IMG/VR virus record: IMGVR_UViG_3300034388_000016
Location: 1-43,197 of that record
Length of the DNA: 43,197 nucleotides
Origin: a virus
Lineage: Duplodnaviria; Caudoviricetes
Strand: one strand, 5' to 3'
A program made the translations under genes and the position numbers. The notes beneath the pieces are model-generated. The model worked only from the letters and a program-made list of their open reading frames with translations. It did no database searches and was not told the DNA's origin. Positions 1-7,868 of this stretch are shown here, piece after piece. Numbering within the stretch: the first letter of the stretch is position 1; each line of letters begins with the position of its first letter.

Positions 1-127
1 TGCTTGACTACGACAAGCTGTCGCTGGAATACATCGCAAGCATCCCGCCGACTCAGCGTGGCTCTTCTGCTCTGACCGAGGATGACTGGAACAACTTCTT
101 CGCTGACTACTTGGCCGTCATGGTGCA
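1..127. repeat. Exact 127-bp terminal overlap, copy 1 (circular assembly junction)
   Basis: Identical to 43071-43197 and lies inside an ORF that reads through the junction. Confidence 0.97.
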
Positions 128-359
128 AGCAACTGGCAAGGAAGAAACCCGCATCAAGCACCACATCGAGCTGTTCAAGCGCCCGCAGAAAGCCAAGGCA
201 AACAAGGAAGTCATGGCCGTGCTGCTGGATCAGCTGGAAATCTACAACGCCGCATCTGCCAATCTGGAAGAAACCGGCGCTTGCGTGGAGCGCATCAGCA
301 ACAAGTTCACCAAGTGGATGACTGAGCCGGATGCTGCTGCCAACGTCGATCTGCTCTGA
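1..359 (+). CDS. Hypothetical protein, 213 aa, 3' part (ends ...EPDAAANVDLL)
   Basis: The frame from base 3 (LDYDKLSLEY...) continues the ORF from 42788 to TGA at 357-359; followed by a terminator. Confidence 0.9.
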   Translation, partial: LDYDKLSLEYIASIPPTQRGSSALTEDDWNNFFADYLAVMVQATGKEETRIKHHIELFKRPQKAKANKEVMAVLLDQLEIYNAASANLEETGACVERISNKFTKWMTEPDAAANVDLL

Positions 360-397
360 TCGGCAGGCACCACTAGCTCGCAAGAGCTAGACAGAAG

Positions 398-420
398 AGG
401 CTACTTCGGTAGCCTTTTTT
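398..420 (+). terminator. Rho-independent terminator
   Basis: AGGCTAC-TTCG-GTAGCCT stem with UUCG loop followed by a T run. Confidence 0.9.
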
Positions 421-472
421 AGTTTCTTCTCTCCCAACTCTCCAGCTACTTGCCTCAACCATACGTCACAAG

Positions 473-500
473 TTGACAACAGAGCAAGTGAAGCTAGACT
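473..500 (+). promoter_or_regulatory. Putative sigma70 promoter
   Basis: TTGACA-16 nt-TAGACT upstream of ORF 532. Confidence 0.55.
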
Positions 501-531
501 GGCGAGAGAAGAATCTAAAGAAGAAAGGTTT

Positions 532-771
532 ATGGCTAAATACGACGCAGTTTGGAATCAAATCAAACAAGCTGGCTGGGCAGAAATCACAGTCAGCAAT
601 GAAGCGTCACGCCGTATCCTAACTGGCATCAAACTAGCTAAGACCACAGAGAATGTAGCCCGGCGCCGTGTCGGGCTTGTCGGCTGGAGCAAGCTAGTCA
701 TCACAAGAACCCAGCTATCTGATCGCATGATGAAGATTAGGCTGGAACTTTTATATTCAACAGACCTCTAG
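532..771 (+). CDS. Hypothetical protein (79 aa, basic)
   Basis: AAAGG RBS, ATG start, fits the + strand gene run. Confidence 0.75.
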   Translation: MAKYDAVWNQIKQAGWAEITVSNEASRRILTGIKLAKTTENVARRRVGLVGWSKLVITRTQLSDRMMKIRLELLYSTDL

Positions 772-793
772 ACACTAACGTCTAGCTACTAAA

Positions 794-1501
794 ATGGCAT
801 CACTTAACTTCTTCATTAAGCCGCAAAGCCCGGAACTTATGGAGAGGACAAGAATAGCCTATACAGTACGCGGTCTTGCTTGGTACATCACATGCCCTGC
901 TAGTATCAACAACCATCCCCATGCTCTTGACATTGCCTACCTGCTAGGCTTCTCCAGTCAGGGAGGCATCAACTGGTGGCGCCGCGACCTGGGCCAGCCA
1001 CTAGAATCAGAACTCACGCATGTTGTATTCTCTACGCTTGCTGAGTATGCAACTCGATCCATTGAGTCTTACGATCTCAGTAATATCGAGCGTCGCATCA
1101 AACAATTCCCCAAAGATTTCCATGCTACGTTTCTTAGTCTGGTCATTCGCCAGCTTGCAGTTGTACGCATTGACCAGTTCTTCAACCAACTCTCTCACAG
1201 TGAAAGGGCTATCGCCATGCAAGCAAGTGATAAGATTCCCAAGGATGTTCTTGATAAGCTGACTATGAGTCTTGCTTCTCTTGAAGCAGCCCTTCTCAGC
1301 AAAGACCCCATGATGCCGCAGCATCTGCGTGCTTCCCATCAGCTGCTTGTCAGTTATCCTGAAACTGTTCACTTGCTTGATGACAATGAGATTGCGCGAC
1401 TCATTGACGCAGCTGAGATTCATACTAAGACGCAGATCATCAAGGACGTTGCAACCAAGGGAACCGGCGGCAAGAAGAAAGTAACTGCTGCTGACCTCTA
1501 G
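794..1501 (+). CDS. Hypothetical protein (235 aa; true start may be further downstream)
   Basis: Long ORF in operon context; helical C-terminal half with a lysine-rich tail. Confidence 0.75.
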   Translation: MASLNFFIKPQSPELMERTRIAYTVRGLAWYITCPASINNHPHALDIAYLLGFSSQGGINWWRRDLGQPLESELTHVVFSTLAEYATRSIESYDLSNIERRIKQFPKDFHATFLSLVIRQLAVVRIDQFFNQLSHSERAIAMQASDKIPKDVLDKLTMSLASLEAALLSKDPMMPQHLRASHQLLVSYPETVHLLDDNEIARLIDAAEIHTKTQIIKDVATKGTGGKKKVTAADL

Positions 1502-1564
1502 CAGCGCAAGGCATTCAACTGCAACTCAACCACGCAATTCACTACGAAAGAAGGAGAACTAGAT

Positions 1565-1786
1565 ATGCTTACCCCTGCTGAGAAGATCAAACTCAAAACC
1601 CAGATTGCTGCTGGCTTGCTGGCGCAGGACTCTGATAGCTGGCTTGAAGATACTCGTTACCTTGCCATGAGTTCCCATGAAATCCTGGAGCAGATCATTG
1701 CAACTGAGACTGGCGAATTGACACGCGAGCTGCTCAACAAAGAAGAACTCGAGGCTGATGATGGCGACAATACCCAGCCAGTCTGA
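1565..1786 (+). CDS. Small acidic hypothetical protein (73 aa)
   Basis: Strong AAGGAGA RBS; overlaps the start of the nuclease gene. Confidence 0.7.
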   Translation: MLTPAEKIKLKTQIAAGLLAQDSDSWLEDTRYLAMSSHEILEQIIATETGELTRELLNKEELEADDGDNTQPV

Positions 1787-2825
1787 CTTCATTGACAACC
1801 TGCTTGCTCAGCCTGCAACCTACAATGTCAACTTAGGCAGCGGCAGACATGCACTGGCTAATGCGGCCGGCGTCACCAAAGTAAACTACGATGCACTCGT
1901 AGCTCTTGGCAACGTCAGTAGCTACAGCATGGACGAAGTCTTCAACGCTTGTCCTCGCAAGTATGCCATCAAGAAGATGCAAGCAGACGCTGGTACGCAT
2001 GAGCGTGTCAACTCTGCAACCTTTGCATTTGGTCACGCTGTAGGCGCCGGCGTTGCAACGCTCGATGAAACAGGCGACTTGCGAGAAGCCATCTTCGCTG
2101 CCTTTCTCTCTTGGGATATTGACCTGCTGGAAACAGAGTTCAAGAACAACAAGAAGACTGGCAAGAGTTTCCATGAAGCCATCTGGGCACTCTATGTCTA
2201 TCAGCAATTCCGCAACGAAGAGACTGACCTCAATGACTACGAAGTAGTTAAGAGTGAAGCTACCGTAGCTGTGGACTTTGAGGATGGTCATCACTACGTA
2301 GGTCACATTGACGAAGTTCTTCGCAACAAGCACACGGGCCAGTATCGTGTCAAGGAGAACAAGACAACTGGCCTCAGCAACATTGATCCAGCTCTCTACT
2401 CCAACAGTGAGCAGGCTCTCAGCTACGCTGTCGTTGTTGACATGCTTGGTGGTGCGGACTACGAAGTTCTCTACACCATCTACTCAGCAGCACGGCAAGA
2501 GTGGGTGCAGTTCTCCTTCGTGAAGACGGCGAACAAGAAAGCAGAGTGGTTGCAAGATCAACTCTTTCTGCATCAGCAGCGTGATGACTATGCAGCCAGC
2601 AACTTCTTTCCCAAGCGTGGCAAGGGCTGCTTCTCATTCATGAGACGCTGCGAGTATTACGAGGACTGTGACCTCTCACTCACGGCGCGCTTTGGCAAGG
2701 GCTTCTCAGAACTCAAGAAGCTGAATGATCCGAAAGAGCTGCTCGAAATTGAGCACGTTGATTACTTTACAACCCTGACGGAAATCGTCAACAGACAGAA
2801 AGAGAAGGCCAAATATGGCATCTGA
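1758..2825 (+). CDS. PD-(D/E)XK nuclease, Cas4/AddB-like with probable Fe-S cluster
   Basis: CPRKY, FGHAVG, GHIDEV...VKENKTT, Q...Y motif and C-terminal C-x6-C-x5-C cysteines. Confidence 0.85.
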   Translation: MMATIPSQSDFIDNLLAQPATYNVNLGSGRHALANAAGVTKVNYDALVALGNVSSYSMDEVFNACPRKYAIKKMQADAGTHERVNSATFAFGHAVGAGVATLDETGDLREAIFAAFLSWDIDLLETEFKNNKKTGKSFHEAIWALYVYQQFRNEETDLNDYEVVKSEATVAVDFEDGHHYVGHIDEVLRNKHTGQYRVKENKTTGLSNIDPALYSNSEQALSYAVVVDMLGGADYEVLYTIYSAARQEWVQFSFVKTANKKAEWLQDQLFLHQQRDDYAASNFFPKRGKGCFSFMRRCEYYEDCDLSLTARFGKGFSELKKLNDPKELLEIEHVDYFTTLTEIVNRQKEKAKYGI

Positions 2826-3411
2826 CTCCACGATTATTGAGCAGGCTATTGGCGCAGGTGCTGATCTGCCTAGCAGTCCCTCGCAAGAAAGCACAGATCA
2901 GAAATCTGGCAATGGACTGGTGCTCATGGACATTGCTCTCACTGCGTATCACACTCATGCGGTTCTCAGCTACTTTGAAGCAAGCACTGACACGATTGTC
3001 AACATCTGCCCTGTCGGCATTCTTGGCCTTGACATCAGTAAGCCCGACCATGTTGCCTTTGAAGGCATGATTGCCTGTCCCCGCAAACTGGAGAGTGCTG
3101 CTGCTAATGAATATGTTGGCAGGATGTTGAAGCAGTTCAACCTCAACAGCGTAGCTCCTGGACTGGCAAGTATGGGAGATAGCAAGGGCGTTATCAGCAA
3201 GGTGCTGCCGCCTACGGAACTGCAAGATACAGGCGAGGCTATCTTCCTGCACCCCTTCATCGTGCTGACCAAGGCTACTCAACTTGATCTTGACAGCATC
3301 GCTACTGCACTGGCTATTCAAGCTCGCGCCCTCTCACTTGTGCAAGATGGAGCTGATGGAGTTGATGCCAGCAGCGAGCGTGGCAGCGCCGGCTCCGAAA
3401 CATCGCACTGA
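2815..3411 (+). CDS. Hypothetical protein (198 aa)
   Basis: Overlaps the upstream stop, GAAGG RBS, typical codon usage. Confidence 0.75.
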   Translation: MASDSTIIEQAIGAGADLPSSPSQESTDQKSGNGLVLMDIALTAYHTHAVLSYFEASTDTIVNICPVGILGLDISKPDHVAFEGMIACPRKLESAAANEYVGRMLKQFNLNSVAPGLASMGDSKGVISKVLPPTELQDTGEAIFLHPFIVLTKATQLDLDSIATALAIQARALSLVQDGADGVDASSERGSAGSETSH

Positions 3412-3479
3412 TTTCTCGCATTTCATCCCGAGCTTATTGCTCAACTTTCTCAGCAACTTAACTCCCAAGGAGATTCATC

Positions 3480-4034
3480 ATGGCTATTGATAAAAACATT
3501 GCAGCTTTCGTAGACACCAATGCCTTCACTGTTGGCGTGCGTTACCAGCACTCTGCCGGTGATAGCTACAACTACATCACCAACGATCATACGATCAAGG
3601 TCGGTGACTGGGTGATCGTGCCTACCAAGGATCGTGACTACAACTCAGGCAGCTCAGCTACCAAGCGCACTCCTGTCATGCGGCCTGCTGCTGTTAACAT
3701 GCAGAATCTGGAAGACATTACTGCTGACATGAGCACCATCATCATGGAAGATCGCCTGTCTGTTGCTCAGGTTGTCCAGATTGATGACGCTGTTGAGATC
3801 GAACCCGACGCCGGCATCGAGTACAAGTGGGTTGTTCAGAAGCTTGATCTGGAACCGTACTTCCAATTGCTGGATCGCAACAAGAAGCTCGTGTCCACGG
3901 TGGCTGATGCCTACAAGAAGAATCTGCGCAAGTCCTTTGCAGAGCGCATCATGAGTGAGCTGGCAGATGACGAGCGCAACGCACTGGCACAGTTGCTGGC
4001 ACCGGCGGCTCAGGGTAAGAAAGCAAAGGAATAA
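3480..4034 (+). CDS. Hypothetical phage protein (184 aa; YxY...KVGDWVIVP small beta domain plus coiled C-terminus)
   Basis: AAGGAG RBS; ORF in operon. Confidence 0.8.
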   Translation: MAIDKNIAAFVDTNAFTVGVRYQHSAGDSYNYITNDHTIKVGDWVIVPTKDRDYNSGSSATKRTPVMRPAAVNMQNLEDITADMSTIIMEDRLSVAQVVQIDDAVEIEPDAGIEYKWVVQKLDLEPYFQLLDRNKKLVSTVADAYKKNLRKSFAERIMSELADDERNALAQLLAPAAQGKKAKE

Positions 4035-4039
4035 CTGCC

Positions 4040-4852
4040 ATGAATCTCGATGACTACAACAAGCACACTCGCACCAAGGCTATCGTCTACGGTCCTCCCA
4101 AGTCTGGCAAGACTGCCCTTGTTGGCAAGCTGGCAAGCGAGTTCAATCTCCACTGGCTTGACCTTGAAAATGGGATCAAGACGCTTCTCAATCCTGCCAT
4201 GCTCGATCCGAAGTTCCGCAAGAACATCAATGTCGTGAGCATCCCCGATCACAAGATGTATCCTGTTGCCATTGACACGGTGCGGGAGGTGATGAAAGGT
4301 GGGAACAAGAAGATCTGTCAAGCACATGGCAAGATCAACTGCCCACTCTGTGCCAAGGATGCAGCTGCCCGCTGGTCTGAGATTGACATTCTCTCTCATA
4401 CTGAGAAGGACATTCTTGTCATTGACTCTCTCAGCCAGTTGAGCAACAGTGCCATGAACAAGGTTGTTCTCAAGGAGATCATGAAACCCGGCGGCGAGGA
4501 GTACAAGGCCACGTTCCATGACTACGCTACGCAAGGCGCCTTGCTTGAACAAGTCCTCTCTCTCATTCAGGTGGTTGACCTTAACATCGTCGTCATCAGC
4601 CATGAAGTTGAGAGCGAAATGACAGATGGCAAGGACAAGATCGTGCCGCTTGCAGGGACTCGCAACTTCAGCAAACTGTCTGCCAAGTATTTTGACTGCG
4701 CCATCTACACAACGCTGACGAACAAGAAGCATCGGGCCTATGCCAACACGGACTATGCGCCGAATGTTCTGACTGGTAGCCGCTTGCCGCTGAGCATTGA
4801 TGCTGCATCTGGCGATGAACTCTCGCTGCTTTCTCTGTTCAAGCGGCCTTGA
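4040..4852 (+). CDS. AAA_24 / Sak4-like recombination ATPase
   Basis: Walker A GPPKSGKT, Walker B LVIDSLS, VVISHE motif, small CxxH/CxxC insert; lies between nuclease and SSB. Confidence 0.85.
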   Translation: MNLDDYNKHTRTKAIVYGPPKSGKTALVGKLASEFNLHWLDLENGIKTLLNPAMLDPKFRKNINVVSIPDHKMYPVAIDTVREVMKGGNKKICQAHGKINCPLCAKDAAARWSEIDILSHTEKDILVIDSLSQLSNSAMNKVVLKEIMKPGGEEYKATFHDYATQGALLEQVLSLIQVVDLNIVVISHEVESEMTDGKDKIVPLAGTRNFSKLSAKYFDCAIYTTLTNKKHRAYANTDYAPNVLTGSRLPLSIDAASGDELSLLSLFKRP

Positions 4853-4877
4853 CACTATCCATAAGCTGTGTCATAAT
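4849..4877 (+). promoter_or_regulatory. sigma70 promoter for the SSB-like gene
   Basis: TTGACA-17 nt-CATAAT with TGTG just upstream of the -10. Confidence 0.8.
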
Positions 4878-5025
4878 CAGAATTCTCTGCGGCCTGGGGG
4901 TTCCTGGGCTGGCAAAGCAGAGGGTCTTAGCTTGCTAGTTCCTAAGTAAAATAGAACTAGCATTTCCTTGGTCATGATCTGACCTACTTTGTAACTTGAA
5001 ACTTAACTTTGAAAGAACCTGCATC

Positions 5026-5496
5026 ATGAGTAACCCTGCAATCACTGACATTGACGCCCTGATGAACGCCTCGATGGATGACATCGAAGACCTGCCGCCG
5101 GTTGGCGTGCCTCCGACTGGCCATTACAATCTGAGCATCAGCGCCGAGCGCGTGAAGCCGGAAGAAGCTGGCAAGAACGAGTACATCCGTTTCAGCTACG
5201 TCGTCGAAGCTGTCAACGAAGTCAAGAACCCTGAAGAAGAAGGCCAGGCTGCTGTCGGCATGAAGTTCAGCCAGATCTTCTCGCCCTTCAAGAAGGACGG
5301 CAGCGTCAACGACTTCGGCATTGGCTTCCTGAAAGAAGCTGTGGCTCCGTTCTCTGCCCACTTCGGCACGTCTAGCATGGGTGAAACCATTGCTCAGATC
5401 GACAAGGTGAGCGTCGGTGCCAGCCTGACTCGCCGCGCTGACAAGAAGGATGCTGATCGCTTCAACTTCACCCTCAAGGATGTTGTTATTCTCTGA
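5026..5496 (+). CDS. Putative single-stranded DNA-binding protein (DUF669-like OB fold)
   Basis: Acidic N-terminus, PxGxY followed by beta strands; follows a Sak4-like ATPase; has its own promoter and terminator. Confidence 0.65.
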   Translation: MSNPAITDIDALMNASMDDIEDLPPVGVPPTGHYNLSISAERVKPEEAGKNEYIRFSYVVEAVNEVKNPEEEGQAAVGMKFSQIFSPFKKDGSVNDFGIGFLKEAVAPFSAHFGTSSMGETIAQIDKVSVGASLTRRADKKDADRFNFTLKDVVIL

Positions 5497-5517
5497 TCCT
5501 TGCTGTTGATCTGAAAT

Positions 5518-5552
5518 GCCCCTAGCTCACAAGGCCGGGGGCTTTCTTCTTT
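5518..5552 (+). terminator. Rho-independent terminator
   Basis: GCCCCTAGCT-CACAA-GGCCGGGGGC imperfect stem followed by TTTCTTCTTT. Confidence 0.65.
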
Positions 5553-5615
5553 GCGCTTTCCACCATGATCTATCAAGTCGTGATGAGAGAATAAAGAAGA
5601 AACAACGGAGATAAG

Positions 5616-7868
5616 ATGACAACCATTGCACTGTTCGGAACACCCGAGGATCGCAGCTATCTTCCGCGCTTGCGTGAGATTGTAGGCACACATCCTCTCA
5701 AGGTGTCTCTGACAAGAGAAGACTATCTGGCAAGCATCGCAGCTAAGGTCAAGGCTAATGGCATTGAGGCCATCATCTGCACTTGCCCTGACACCATGCT
5801 TGTTCTGCTGAAGTCTCTCTCAGATTTCAAGCGGCCCATCACAGCCAATGGCAGAGACAAGCGTCTCACGCTGGATGATTACGCCGGCAGCTTCTTCAAG
5901 ATTCCTGCTCACAAACTGGGAGTTGATCGTGATGTTGAAGTCCTTATCCTCAACCCGCTTGCCCACCTTGTCCGCACGGCAGAGGGTCCGTTTGTATTCA
6001 AGCGGTTTATCAGCAAGATCACAAAACCTGAGGCGTGGTTTCCGCAAACTTCTTTTACTTGGGAAGTATGGACACCAGCTAAATCTGCCTTTCTCTTGGA
6101 GAGATTCTCTAATGCAAAGCTCCTGGCTATCGACATTGAAACTTATCGCGGTGATGTGCATCGTCGTATGCACTGCGTGGGTTATTGTGCTCTATTCGCC
6201 GACGGTTCCACCCATGCCGTAGTCGTGCCTTATAAGGACATGCTTGCTCATGACTTTGTTCGCCAGCTCAACGTCAGTGCGCCAGCAAAGATTTTCCAGA
6301 ACGGACTGTACGACAATCTGTATTTCTTGCGCTGGAATGTTCCTTGCAACAACTGGCTCTATGATACTCAGCACTTATTCCATAGCTGGTATGCTGAACT
6401 TCCAAAGCGTCTTGACTTCTTGACAGCTTTCTCAGTGCGTGAGATTCGCTACTGGAAAGATGACGCAAGCGGTGGAGAGCATGACCTGTTCGAGTACAAT
6501 GCTCGTGACTGCTGGGCTACGCTCAGTGCTTGGTGCTCTCTTCTCAGTGAAGTTCCTCAGTGGGCAATCAATAACTATCTCATGGAATTCCCGATGGTAT
6601 TTCCCTGCCTGCATATGGAAGCAGACGGGCTCTCGCTGGATAGAGAGAAGTTCGACATTGCAAGAGCTTCAGCAGAAGCAGCACTACTGGTGCAGAAGAA
6701 GAAACTGGCAGCTTGGCTCGGTGACAAGTTCAATCCTGCAAGTCCTGACCAGTGCAAGAGACTGCTCAAGGTGCTAGGCGCCGGCGACGTAGAGAGCGCA
6801 GACTCCAAGGCTATGGTGGCAGCAGCCTCCGTGCATCCGTTCAACGAACTCATCATCAGTGCCATCCTTGCATATCGCAAGCAGGCCAAACTCATTAGCA
6901 CCTACCTCAATTGGGACAAATTCTGGAATGATCGACTCTACTACAAAACAAACCCTGCTGGAACGGACACGGGCCGCATGGCTTCTGCCGAATCCAGCTT
7001 CTGGACAGGACTGCAAATCCAAAACATCCCCCAAGGATACGCAGTCAAGAGCTGGATCAGAGCAGACGCTGGATGGGATGGTATCGCAGAAGGAGATAAA
7101 GCGCAGGCAGAAGCTCGCTGCGTCGGCTACCTCTCAGGCTGCGAAGCTCTTATCTCTCTGGTAGAGAGCGACAAGGATTACCACAGTTGGAACGCACACA
7201 AGTTCTTTGGTGTAGCCTATGAAGCTGTGACCAAGCCACTTCGCAATCTGAGCAAGCGCGTCAATCACGGAGCAAACTATAACATGGGCGCTCAGGTGCT
7301 GCTCGACACGATGGGGCCGAAGGCTGTGGCAGAAGCTCGTATCCTTCTTGGCTTGCCTGCTAAGTGGACACTCATTCAAGTCTGCCAGCACCTGCTTCTC
7401 ACTTACGAGAAAACCTACCCGGAAGTTAAGAAGAATTGGTACGAGGAAATCAAGCGCACCATCAGTGTGACGAAGAAGTTGGTGTCGCCGTCGGGCTGGA
7501 CTCGTCACTTCTTTGCAGACCCTAAGAACAACAAGCCTGCGCTCAATGCAGCAGTTGCTCACGGGCCGCAGCACCTTAATGCTGCCATCCTTAACATGGG
7601 TTTCTACAAGCTGTGGCTTGACACTGTCTATGGTGACTTGCGCGGTAAGGTCAGGCTGAAGGCTCAGATTCATGATAGCGTACTCTTTTGCTGGAAGGGA
7701 GAAGATACGCCAGCTGAAGTGCGCCGTCGTATGGAGACTTCTCTTGATGTGCGCGGCACTGACGGCAAGGTTCGCACCATGCTTATCCCTTCCGACATGA
7801 GTTGGAGAAAGACAGACAAAGATGGCAATGACCTTGGCCCTGCAATCTACTGGAGCGACATGAAATGA
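5616..7868 (+). CDS. polA: Family A DNA polymerase with 3'-5' exonuclease and a degenerate UDG-like N-terminal domain
   Basis: Exo motifs IDIET, QNGLYD and YNARD; TGRMAS...QNIP; motif A GDKAQAEAR; motif B RNLSKRVNHGANY; motif C QIHDS. Confidence 0.95.
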   Translation: MTTIALFGTPEDRSYLPRLREIVGTHPLKVSLTREDYLASIAAKVKANGIEAIICTCPDTMLVLLKSLSDFKRPITANGRDKRLTLDDYAGSFFKIPAHKLGVDRDVEVLILNPLAHLVRTAEGPFVFKRFISKITKPEAWFPQTSFTWEVWTPAKSAFLLERFSNAKLLAIDIETYRGDVHRRMHCVGYCALFADGSTHAVVVPYKDMLAHDFVRQLNVSAPAKIFQNGLYDNLYFLRWNVPCNNWLYDTQHLFHSWYAELPKRLDFLTAFSVREIRYWKDDASGGEHDLFEYNARDCWATLSAWCSLLSEVPQWAINNYLMEFPMVFPCLHMEADGLSLDREKFDIARASAEAALLVQKKKLAAWLGDKFNPASPDQCKRLLKVLGAGDVESADSKAMVAAASVHPFNELIISAILAYRKQAKLISTYLNWDKFWNDRLYYKTNPAGTDTGRMASAESSFWTGLQIQNIPQGYAVKSWIRADAGWDGIAEGDKAQAEARCVGYLSGCEALISLVESDKDYHSWNAHKFFGVAYEAVTKPLRNLSKRVNHGANYNMGAQVLLDTMGPKAVAEARILLGLPAKWTLIQVCQHLLLTYEKTYPEVKKNWYEEIKRTISVTKKLVSPSGWTRHFFADPKNNKPALNAAVAHGPQHLNAAILNMGFYKLWLDTVYGDLRGKVRLKAQIHDSVLFCWKGEDTPAEVRRRMETSLDVRGTDGKVRTMLIPSDMSWRKTDKDGNDLGPAIYWSDMK

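Noticed and set aside
1-127. 127-bp terminal repeat as a biological direct terminal repeat
   Set aside because: It falls in the middle of a gene and its length equals a common assembler k-mer, so an assembly overlap is the simpler explanation
1758-2825. Cas4-like nuclease as part of a CRISPR system
   Set aside because: No repeat-spacer array or other cas genes; the context is a nuclease-Sak4-SSB recombination module
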